This document shows, piece by piece, positions 11,318-26,106 of a DNA stretch of 64,000 nucleotides. The notes beneath the pieces are model-generated. The model was not told where the DNA came from, ran no database searches, and saw nothing but the letters and a program-made list of their open reading frames with translations. The stretch is from Hyphochytrium catenoides (Eukaryota; Protista; Hyphochytriomycota): NCBI GenBank assembly GCA_900088475.1, contig FLMG01003519.1, positions 1-64,000 of the forward strand. Direction: 5' to 3'. The translations under genes were made by a program, and so were the position numbers. Position 1 is the first letter of the stretch, and every line of letters starts with the position of its first letter.

Positions 11318-13253
11318 ATGATGTCCTCAAACAGTCCACAAGAGTTTGAGGAGCTGGAAGCTAGAGGTGAGCATTCTTCCGTACTGTCATCACTAGAACT
11401 GGGACTAGAGCTCTTCTTTCCTTGTGACAGAAGCTGCAGCCGAATCCTCTGGTCTCCAACCTGGGGATGATACTAGAGGGGAAGGTCTTATAAAGCTCTT
11501 TGTTGGCCAAGTAAGTAGAGGGAGATAAGATGCGCTGACAGAACCACCAAGGGTGACGAGTGACCTTGCACACAGGTACCGAAAGTTATGGAAGAGGAGG
11601 AACTTCGGCCTATTTTTGAGGAGTTCGGAGATGTCGCTGCAGTTTCGATTATACGGGATAAAGTGAATGGATCCCATAGAGGTGAGAGCCACGCTCCCAT
11701 GGCCCATGTATAGCAGCGCACTAACGCTGGCGTAGGCTGTGCATTTGTCTCCTACGCAGAGAAAGAACAAGCGGAGGCCGCGATTGCCAGTCTACATAAC
11801 CTGAGAATTCTACCACCTGTAAGCCTGGAACATGCAATGTGTCGACACCTTTGCGATCTTCTCACTTTCTTCCCATGCAGAGCACGAATCCTCTTCAGGT
11901 CCGCCTAGCGGAGGCACAAGAACATAAGTTATTCATCGGCATGATCCCCAAAAACCTCAACGCGGAGGATATCACAGCGGTTTTTGCGCCATTTGGGAAG
12001 ATAGAGGAGGTAGGGACCGCTAATATATTGGGCTCGGGGCACTTATAACGCGAAGTGAACTGTAGGTGTACATACTGCGAGATCCTGTAACCGGTCACAG
12101 CAAGGGTTGTGCCTTTCTGAAGTTTGAGTCTAGAGACTCCGCATTGGCGGCTATTGATGCCCTTAACGGAAACGTGACCCTTGAGGTAGGAATATCGCAG
12201 CATGCCATTGGTGACTCTTATCACTAATCGACATAGCAGGGTGGTCGGCATCCAATTGTCGTCAAATTTGCCGACAATAGAAAGCAGCGTCAGCAAAAGC
12301 ACCGTGCCAGGGCAAGTAGCAGAAACTTCTATCCCTATGGGTCTGGCCCGGCTTATTCTTACCCTGGCATCGAGCACCTTCAACCCCAATACATGGCTCC
12401 CTCTGGCTTTCCTCGACAGGGACCAGGTAACTATTCTGTGCTCGTATAGGTTTGCTCAGGTTTGTTCTTACTTGCTCTTGGTGGTAGACTCTCCAGCAGG
12501 AGTTCAGGGAATGAATTCTCCCTATCTCTACTACAACATGTACCCTGGCTATGGCTATGGCTTTGCATCGCCCAATGGGGCCAGTCAGGAATATGACTAT
12601 GGGACTTCTCAAACTGGAAGCGATATGGTGAAACCGGGCGGTGCTGTGGGCCGTCCTCCTCCAGTAAATGCGGCCCCTTCACCAACTAATGCAGGGGAAC
12701 TTCCTATGTATAGCAAGCAGCAGTCCTCCCGAGTTCTAGAAGGTGAGATGAGCTTGGTAAGTGGACTGCTGTCGGGTAAGAAGCATAACGATGTTTTGCG
12801 CAGGTCCTCCTGGGGCAAACCTCTTCATCTATCACTTACCCCACGATCTGACTGACGCGGACTTGGCTACGGCTTTCGCGCCGTTCGGAACTGTCATAAG
12901 TGCTAAAGTCTTTGTGGACAAGAACACTGGAGAGAGCAAGGGATTTGGTGAGTGTTGAACGGATTCGTAGTTACTGTTGTTGGAACTTATTCTCCTTCGT
13001 CTTGATAGGGTTTGTCAGTTACGACTCCCCACCAGCGGCGGAAGCTGCAATTACGAGTATGAACGGCTTTCAGATCGGCAGCAAGCGTCTAAAAGTGCAA
13101 CACAAGCGTGTTCACCATTCTGGATCCGGCAATGACTTGATGCAGGCTGCTCCTCAAGGTAGCGCCACTGGTGAAATTACTTTCATGGAACCGAGCCGTG
13201 GCATGGAGAACATGTTGCACCAGTCTGTCGCCAATTTATCCCTTAATGAGTAG
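11318..13253 (+). CDS. CELF/Bruno-like RNA-binding protein with 3 RRMs
   Basis: IKLFVGQ|VPK...HRG|CAFV (RRM1), [10 protein letters not shown]...SKGCAFLKF (RRM2), EG|[12 protein letters not shown]...SKGFG|FVSYD...[16 protein letters not shown] (RRM3); canonical short introns. Confidence 0.92.
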
Positions 13254-13359
13254 AGCCGTCGCCCGGTGGGTGACTGGGGAAGAGGAATGTGGGACGGTAC
13301 TTATGTTATTGAATATGCCTCTACGGCCATTGCTGTCTCCATGTTTTGCCTTTAAAATT

Positions 13360-14459
<1,100 letters not shown>

Positions 14460-15034
14460 ATTTATCTAGTGCGTACACAATTCTAAGCCTTCAATCAGCG
14501 AAAGTATCAATAGCAACCGATGGAGCCTCTCTCAGGCTGATAATGGCACTTTGGAATCTTTCTATTCCGAAGCTCATTGGGATCCGACAATCGACGAAGA
14601 GCTCTTTGGCTTTCTGGAGATTGAGTGAGCACTTCAGATCTCTGCCAGGTCATAATAATTGCCCCGTATACATAGGGTAAAAGGGCTTACTCGCATAATA
14701 ATACGGTTTCACCTTACTTCTTCACATATCCTCAAGGCTCTTTAAGATCAAGATAGGAGTATAGCTCTTAAGACTTAAAGCTTCATTGCCCTTCCAGTTA
14801 TCAATTCTGTGCCATCATTCACACCCATCATTCGCATCCCGTCATCCTCCTCCACTTTTCTCAATGTCATTGCCGATGTCAGAGCTTCACGTCTCTTCTC
14901 ATCATCGTCTGCTATCGCTATTTGCTGAGGAATTCTGCGGTCGGGACAGGACTCTTCGTTTTATCTCTGGACCACGTTGGAATTGACCGAGGTGGAGTAT
15001 CGCTGCCCTGCTCTACTTGGGCAGTCACGTGACA

Positions 15035-16855
15035 ATGGCGCTGTATCGAAATGTCTGTCGAACTCTTGAGGTGAAAGGTGAGGAGGCTCATTATCAGAGG
15101 CGTCGTTGTAAGCTAAAAGACTCATCAGCTCCTCTAGGACCGTCCTTAAAGCGCCCATGGAGAACCTTCTCAACCACAGGTTTCAATCGTTTAACAATTC
15201 AAGTAACACCAAGAAAGACGCTGAAGGCCTCGACTCATTTCCATAGGTTCTATCCAGAAAGGCTTCATTTACTCAGAAGGCGAAGGGCTGTCTGGAGCTC
15301 TGGGCCACAGTCTCGATCTAGCCCACGCGCCACTGACCAGAGCAGATATCCATGGGCGCGAAGACTTTTCTCAGATTTCTACTGGTTGGTAAGTGATTCT
15401 CTTTGGCTGCTTCTTCGTTCGAGAGCTCAAGTATTTGTGCAGGGCACACAGCGGAGCTGTAACTCCTGATGGGGTAGTATACTTATGGGGCCGCACACAT
15501 GACATGCGACACGTCTTCGCCATGCCCAGACTTCAAAGGCTTATGCCAGGCTTCAGGCGATTCATAGGAGCAGGAAGTATTGACATGTTAGCGCCCTCTG
15601 TGATCTACGCCACTAGTGGGAGTACAAGCCTTGAAGGGAACCCGGTGGCCGAGGTTTATGCACATATAGAGGACGTCCATCGCGCGGTTAAAGTCGTCTG
15701 CTCGGCTGGTTTCTCTATGATATTAACAGGTACCGTAACGTTTGAAGGACGGACTACTAAGCTTTCAGCAACTCTAAAGGTTGTTGGTCAGCATCTGGTC
15801 GTCTTTTAAGCTTTGGGACAAACCAACAAGGTCAGTGCGGGGTAGGGACCCGCGCCACACCAGCCACATACCAGCCGACGGAGGTTGTTGGTATTGATGA
15901 GGATGAGCTGGTCATCGACGTTGTGCTAGGTTTCCAGCATGCCGTTGCCCTCACAGGTAATGATTGCAAAATTTCTGAAAGGATCCCACCAGTTTGGCCC
16001 AACTTGGCTACATGTCTAGCATCTGGCAAGCTTTACTCCTGGGGCAAGGGAGAGCGGGGTCAACTGGGCTTTCAAAGGAACGAAATGGAGACGGTTAGAT
16101 ATGAGGCGTGGCCTATTGAGCCGCTTCTAGGAGAAAGGATAGTGAAAATATCTTCGGGTTTCAACCACACCGTGGCGCTTTCAGGTAAGCAAGGCGAGTC
16201 GTTGTTGCCGTCCCTAGTAGTTTCTCTTCTAACCCTCACTCAATTGACAGACAAGGGAGAAGTGTATTTATGGGGCAAGTTCCAGGCCGGGAAATACTTA
16301 TACTTCAATGACGCTGTCCTTGGAGACCAGTTCGTGCCCCGAAAGCTCAAGCTGGACGCCAAAATAGTAGATGTGAAGTGCAGTCAGTTCCATACCACGT
16401 TGATGACAGGTGCGGCTGGGCTTTTACGAGACCGCCATTAGCATCCTTTTGATAATTGACGCACGCAGAGGACGGCCAATTAATGGCGTTTGGCATGGAG
16501 GCGAGGTCTCATATGAACGGCACTGCCATACCACACAATACGCCGGAAGTAATAGAGCAAGATTGGCTGCAAGGAGAGAAGGTCGCAAGGCTCTGTCAAG
16601 GGTTTTCTCAGACTCTTGTCTTAACAGGTAGCCTTCACCAACTATGTTGTAAGGTGACAACAACTGCTAACTATAAACTAACAACACGCAGAAACGGGGA
16701 CTCTCTATGAATGGGACTTCAAGGAAGCTCTGCTATCTCCGGTAGACTCCGCTCTCGGCCTGCGCGTGAAGGATGCTGTGTTCTCTTGGAAACATAAGCT
16801 CTACTTATGTGATGACATGAAAGAGGATGGCGTGATCCGAGAATCGGCCATTTGA
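15035..16855 (+). CDS. RCC1-repeat protein, possibly mitochondrial RCC1L/WBSCR16-like
   Basis: RCC1 blades AHSGAVTPDGVVYLWG, GFQHAVALT, KLYSWGKGERGQLG and SSGFNHTVALS..KGEVYLWG; basic N-terminus resembling a transit peptide. Confidence 0.8.
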
Positions 16856-16869
16856 TAAATCAGTTGGCA

Positions 16870-19936
<3,067 letters not shown>

Positions 19937-21389
19937 GAATTTCCTCATCCTACGTTCGGAAAGACAGCATGGCCGCTGTTACGCTCATGCTAACAGAGAG
20001 AAAGGGACACTCTGTCGTCCGCGCTTACCTATTTTTCTGGTCGTGCCCAGCTATGCTTGTCGAAGCGTTTGCATCTCTCAGAAAGGTGCTTCCATAACCG
20101 CAAGGGGTGCAGGGATATTATGTCTGAGTTCGATGTGTATGATGAGTATCTGCCGCTGCTGTTCTTGTCTCCATCTGAAGCGCTATACAATTGATAAAGA
20201 TCATCGTTCTAACCAAGTTGCCATTGTTCCGCCCCATTGTAAGCTGCTAACGGTCGATGATACTTCGGGAGAGGTGATCGGGGCATCAGGGCTATGTGTT
20301 GGAATTTGTCTGTCAGGTCGGTATTGGGGCAGAGCGGTGCTGCTGCTTGGTGAACTGTGAGCTCTGGGCGGCAGAATGCTACTGTAGGAAGTGGACAGTC
20401 TCCTCACGCGCTGGCGAACGCTAAGAGAAGAGAGGCCAAGGATGAACAGGGCGGACAGGCTTCGCAGACGTCCCTCCCGAGAGAGGGAAAGAACCTTGCT
20501 TCGTCGTTTCTACGTTATCTAGCTGTTGTTTGGCTCACAAGCCAGCAGGCGGTACCTTATAGATGCCGCTTTGGGCTCTTGTATGAAAGATATGCAACAG
20601 CTCGGATTGTGAGCGTGTAGGCTAGTGTGCCATTTGACAGGAAGACTTGGATTGCGGAATGACATCTCTTCCTTCAATCTGCCTTGCAAAATTGGGAAGA
20701 TTTGCAAGGTGTGAATCCCCTCGGCGCGGCCTCCAACACTCCGAACCGAGCAACTGCTTAGGATTCCTACTCTATCGCCTCAACGCCTACATCGTAAGAT
20801 TTATATCGCACGTCACAATTCTATCAGATGACCTTTGCAATAGAGGTGACTTCACCGCAGCGGCGCATATCTCTTTTTATGGATAAGTAAGGGTAGGCTC
20901 AAAGGAAGAACGAGGCGATCCGGGGACAGCGCACCTTCCTTGCCCAAAGCCAAGAAGCCACGTCTGCTGTTAGTTATTGAACAAGCCGTTCAGAAAGCTT
21001 CGGACTCAACTGCTGCTTCCTTGTCCAGGGGAAGGACAGCGATCCGGCCTTCTTACAAGGATGAATAGGCATTGTAGCGTTAACTTTACGGCGTCCCAGT
21101 GCCTTTACCTTGGGATTGGCGGTGGGAGACTTCAGCAGGCTTGGGGTTAGATTCTATATATTTACACCACCAGTCAGGAGAAGACAGCAGCGATTGCCGC
21201 CGTAATGTTGCTGCTCCGTGCCACTCTAAGAAATAACTTCATACTATTATTAGCGACCTCCTTCAAAAGGCCCCGATGACATATTAGTTCTTAGGAGAGA
21301 AGCAGATGAACCCGTTGAAGCAGTCGTGGCCGCCAGAACTACCATTTGCGGGCTCTAGATGCACCTCCTGCTTCCCTCCAAAGGTCCTC

Positions 21390-21575
21390 CTATATTGAGA
21401 TCTCTCAGTGGTTGCGATGCGCTGATGAATCTCCTGCAGTCAAAGATAAAGACGGTAATGCCTTCTGCCTTAAGAGGCTTCTCACCCTGCTCGCTATCAT
21501 CCGCTCCTTAAGAGGAGCCTACGGGTATTGTGCATGTAGGAAAGCCCAGCACTTCTTCATTCTGCCGCTCATCAA
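21390..21575 (+). pseudogene. Possible decayed hAT transposase C-terminal dimerisation fragment
   Basis: Read across frameshifts: EISQWL...FCLK / HPARYHPLLKRSLRVLCM* / PSTSS, loosely resembling the hAT pattern 'YP.L...A..VL.IP.TS'. Weak and by eye only. Confidence 0.2.
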
Positions 21576-21684
21576 CAATCTGCCGCAGATGGTGAAGAAG
21601 AAATTAGAAGACTCCTCGTCCAAAGGTGCCTGCTGGTAGGTCTAGCTGCGTCTAATGTCCCTGCAATCAACCAAGCCTCTTTTT

Positions 21685-21834
21685 ACCGCCTAGGTTTATC
21701 AAGAGAAGTACAAGTAGCCAACGCGGCAGTATGGTAGGTTTTCCGGAAACTTTATGGAGCAAGATGGTTGTTGAAGCCACACAGGTTCAACACGGGAGGG
21801 CCTCGAAAGGCCACGAAGGCGAACATTGAGCGCC
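21685..21834 (+). repeat. 150-bp direct repeat, copy 1
   Basis: accgcctaggttta...cattgagcgcc, roughly 90% identical by eye to 23100-23252. Confidence 0.9.
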
Positions 21835-22123
21835 ATCACCAGGCAGGACGTCCATGCCCCCATCATACCCCTCTATGTCCCCCACAACAAAATAGTAGTC
21901 TGCAACCACCCCGTTCCTAAAAAAAACAGCGGACAATGGTGGTGCTTCACAACGAATATCGTCCCCGCCAGCACCAGCCGAAACTGAGACCCGCGGCACG
22001 CTTCTTCATCAGGTGAAGTCGCCTTCTGCTCTTACTGCTGATTGACTTCTGTGGCCACCGCGTTAGCCTCCGATCATAGAGCTTGACGTGAGCATCGCAC
22101 CCCCAGAGTCTCTGGAAGGCATC

Positions 22124-22770
22124 TCATCTGTTCGGGAAAGGCAGGCAAGTGCCAGAAAGGTAGAACATCAGATTATCAATGAAAAATCTCGTAGAGTATA
22201 GAGGCTTCGAAACACAGCGGAGAATAGAGGGTGCGCTTGCCTCTTCGCAGTACATCTGACGGCAGCTTTGCAGTGGCTGGGTAGTCAACCGTTGAGATAT
22301 TGCCCAGGACGGACAAATGAACCTTCGCGCAAGCCGGCTAAATTGCCCTCCGCGCGTAGCATAACCATGCCACTGGTCAATGATATATACTGCCCTACCG
22401 TCTGGATCAAACGGTTCAAGAAGTTTTCCACCCTTCCTAATTTCCCCACCAGGAAACTCCTTACGGTACTCCATTAGCAAGCGGTAGAGCAGTACCTGCG
22501 GTTTTCGTCTTATTGAAGCCGGGGCTGGAACCTCAGACAGGGACGCTTCTTCCACTTTCTTATACCCATAGTTTGAGACTCCTGAGAATGACAAAGAGGA
22601 TTGTTGTCCTGCACCAGCATACCCTACGCTTAGAGCCATAAGGGGCTCGTTCCTTTTTCGATGTGCGCAGCCACTCCCATACACGAGAGCAGTATTGACC
22701 GAACGATTCGGCTGCTTCACTTGTAAGAGGCATTGTTTCTTCCTAGCAACGTACGTAGACTGGTGACGGC
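22124..22770 (-). pseudogene. Degenerate pogo/Tc5-like (DDE_1) transposase fragment
   Basis: NTALVYGSGCAHRKRNEPLMAL, GRAVYIIDQWHGY and TTQPL fall in the order expected for DDE_1 (T.L....ADG.KL.PL, LL.LD...H, QPLD). No intact catalytic set. Confidence 0.35.
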
Positions 22771-23099
22771 CTGATGAACAGAGTTAGCGACGCCAGTCAG
22801 GGACAATTAGGTGAGGAGGTGGAAGTAACTGCTTGCTGGATCTGCTGCTGCTGGGTGAGGGCGACAACCCCGATGACAATCGAAACACAAATGCGGAGCA
22901 GGGACTAAACTTTCCGGACAGTGAGGCCTAATGTGATCGAGTCTAACAGCCCGTACCTTAGAGCTAACAACACCTACAGTTATTCAAGGACTTCACCCAC
23001 TCACACGCCTTTTACCTCCAAGGATGTACCTTCACGATGTGCCACATATTTTACTGTCACATCGTAGTAGCACATCGTTCGGACTTACTCAAAATGTTG

Positions 23100-23252
23100 A
23101 CCGCCTAGGTTTACAAAGAGAAGTACAAGTAGCCAACGCGGCAGTATGATGGTAGGTTCTCTGGAACGTTATGGAGCAAGATGGTTGTTGAAGCCACACA
23201 GGTTCAACAAGGGGAGGGTCTCGAAAGGCCACGACGGCGGGCATTGAGCGCC
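23100..23252 (+). repeat. 153-bp direct repeat, copy 2
   Basis: Matches 21685-21834 with a 3-bp insertion and scattered substitutions. Confidence 0.9.
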
Positions 23253-24764
23253 GCTAGTAGTGATGATGCACACCAAAAAGTGCTGGAAGGGTGTAGTGGG
23301 GCCTGCTCTCTGAAAGTCTTTTTGCACTTTGTGCAACGTCGAATGTTGTACGCTTGCAGAATTAGTGATCAGACCTCGATGTAAGCCAAAACTGCTGGCT
23401 CTGGAGGCACGACGAAGGTCCAGCTAAGCGTGGGACGATAGCTTAACTCTGGCAGGTAGCAGGGCGAAAGGTATCAAAAAGGGAGAATTATTCTATCGAC
23501 GTACCTGGCGTCTTCCAGCGCACTTTGCAGTTTTTCATACATTCATGTCCTGTCCTTCTTCTACTTCTGCTGTAGAACTACCGTTTAGGCTACTTACAAG
23601 AGCTTCACACACATATACACATAGACATTCACTGCCAGCTGCCTGTCAGCTGCCAGTTGCGGTCATTGTGGTTGCAGGTAGAAAAGCGAACTAAAACCTC
23701 TATCAACTAGCAACCTGTGGCTAGAACTACTACGAGTCGAGGGCTACTCGTACTACCGCTTGCACCCCGACACAACTCATCCTACGTACAGCCCAACCAC
23801 GTACTGTGAAAAAGGTACTGTAGGCCCAGCCCGCTAGCGACAAGCACGAGACCATGATAGTAGAGTAGTAGTAACACACTGCTCACAAACCCCTGATCTA
23901 GCAAAGATAAGGGTCCAGAAGTGGGAGTGTCCTCTCAATTATTGAAGAAGTAGGAAAGAACTGGTTATTGAACATTGTGATTAGGCTTTTTGTTAGAGAT
24001 GGTAAAACGGTAGTCTGGCCACTGCAAAGTATGGGTGTTTGGGTAGGTGAAGAGACGGCGAAGGGTGAAGCGTGTGTATGTCTCTCATCACTATCTATGC
24101 TTCATAGCATACCATAGGTCTGTAGCGCCGGGCATAAGTCATAAGTCATCAATGTTTGAGTCAGACCCTTTTCCTTCTTGATGTCTCAAGTATTTGAGGT
24201 ACGTTGGAAGCTAAAAGCCTTTGAAGAACGGAGGAAGTCTCACGGCACTCGTATGTGTTCAGAATATTGTAACCTCCAGTTGAACCATCGAACTCGCCTG
24301 TCTCACTTCTTCTAATCCTACTTCTGGTGCACCAAATCACTTTTCTCCCATCATCTGCCTACTAAAAGGGCTGAGGCCTCTCGAGAAGGAGTCTCACACA
24401 AGGACTCTATGCCCTTGGGCATTTGTATGTGACGGGTAAGAAGCGGAAGAATATTCCCCCACGGAGGTCAGAAGGTACCGCTTCGCCTCCGAGCTCTATG
24501 GAACAGACCCATCTACAAAGAAGTTGGGTTAGGAGTCCTCGATCTGTGGTCAAGTAAGTCTCTGACATGAGCATCCATTGCGGCTCATTCTTGCTGCAGA
24601 GCCCGATGGGAGTCTCCTCTTGCAAGATCTCTTCCAGAGGCATTCAATCAGTCATTGCAACGCAGGAGCAAACACCCACACCTGCTCCGTCGCGAAGCTC
24701 GCAACCCCGAGTGATTGCAGAGACTCTCAGCTGCTACCGGACACCCTCACCGGCAGCCTGAAGC

Positions 24765-25679
24765 ATGGCTTTATTGAGAATGCCCTTCCTAGCTCTTTTG
24801 CTAGCATGCTTGACAACAACTTTTCGTGTGGATGCCGCTGGAGGCATCTGCACAGTTCCCTGCTGGCAGCGAAGCTCGCCTAATGAGCCCGGTACTTTTT
24901 GCGACATCAGCAAGGGTGACCGCTGCTCTACTTGCAGAGCTCTCAATGACCACGGAGAAGCAGTCTGTTCTGAAGTGATTGACGGTGTCTGCCCCTCCCA
25001 AATGACAACCTGTCCTATGGCTCAGCTATCGATGGCGTCTCTGATAGCAGAACTGGCATCTGCCAAAGGCAATCTTCAGCCAGTAAAGTCATCTACTAAT
25101 ATCATCACGGATGCTCCAGGAATTCCGTCCTCAACTTCGACTTCCTCTTCCGTGTTGATCTCAGGCCTTGGAGAAATCGACGTTTTGCAAGGTGACGGCA
25201 GTCAAGCAGATGACAAGCAAGAGACCTTGGCTGTGCAGGCCTCGCCAGCGCCTGCATCAACTGTAACAGAACCGGACTTGGGTCAAGTGCTGGCTGGGGC
25301 GGACATGATGTCCAACCCAGCATCGTCGGCACAGACGCAGCAGCTCGGGACGGCTACACGTTCCTCGAGTGATAGGGAAGCAGTAGGTTCAGCTTCCAAC
25401 TGGGTCAAACTGCTTGTCGGTTGCTGTATAGCCGCTGGGACTGGCTTCTTTGTGTTTGCCGCAGGGCTCGCGGTAGTCAAGCTGAAGGTTCACTTGGATA
25501 GAAAAACAGCTGAACGCGTCCTTGCGACGTCTGCACCATCACCTGGACTCTTTCTGCCCGTCCCTTCGCCAACTGTCCCGCTGTATGACTTGGAGAATTC
25601 GAAGCGCTACGCGACCGAGTGCATTCCTTTCACGAAGCCAACCAAGAAAGACCTACTGGTTACCTACCAATGCCTATGA
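24765..25679 (+). CDS. Type I membrane protein: signal peptide, 8-Cys domain, S/T/A-rich stalk, TM helix, cytoplasmic tail
   Basis: Intronless 304-aa ORF; MPFLALLLACLTTTFRVDA signal; Cys-rich CTVPC...MTTC; TM LLVGCCIAAGTGFFVFAAGLAVV followed by KLK. Confidence 0.75.
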   Translation: MALLRMPFLALLLACLTTTFRVDAAGGICTVPCWQRSSPNEPGTFCDISKGDRCSTCRALNDHGEAVCSEVIDGVCPSQMTTCPMAQLSMASLIAELASAKGNLQPVKSSTNIITDAPGIPSSTSTSSSVLISGLGEIDVLQGDGSQADDKQETLAVQASPAPASTVTEPDLGQVLAGADMMSNPASSAQTQQLGTATRSSSDREAVGSASNWVKLLVGCCIAAGTGFFVFAAGLAVVKLKVHLDRKTAERVLATSAPSPGLFLPVPSPTVPLYDLENSKRYATECIPFTKPTKKDLLVTYQCL

Positions 25680-25910
25680 GACCCAACCTAACACGCATCT
25701 CTTTCATAAAGTTCGATGGTCCTGTTCATAAGCCCTTTGTTCTATAACTGCATCTGTTTATATAAATGCACATCCTCTCCTCGGTGACTTCTGTTCGAAG
25801 TTCTCATCCGCACCCTCGTCCGACGCCTTGGCTAGCAGCAATCTATGACTTCTAACCCTCAGCACTATGTGTAAAGAGCATTCACGTAAGGGACAGCAGT
25901 AAGTCGTTTG

Positions 25911-25974
25911 ACTCTTGAGATCACATCTTATGGCAAATATACTCTTGAGATCACATCTTGTGGCAAATATACTC
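25911..25974. repeat. 30-bp tandem duplication
   Basis: actcttgagatcacatctt(a/g)tggcaaatat twice, plus a partial third start. Confidence 0.9.
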
Positions 25975-26106
25975 CCAAAAGTCAAGCTATCGACCTTCAA
26001 AGAGTGTTAAGGTCTGCTCCTTCAAGTCTGCTCTTCACCCAAGGTGAACAAGCTAGCGCTGTTAAGCTAACAAACTACTTTCATCCGCCTCATCTACCGG
26101 CACTTT

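Noticed and set aside
19940-21300. Several short ORFs upstream of DDX42
   Set aside because: No recognisable motif and no consistent exon chain.
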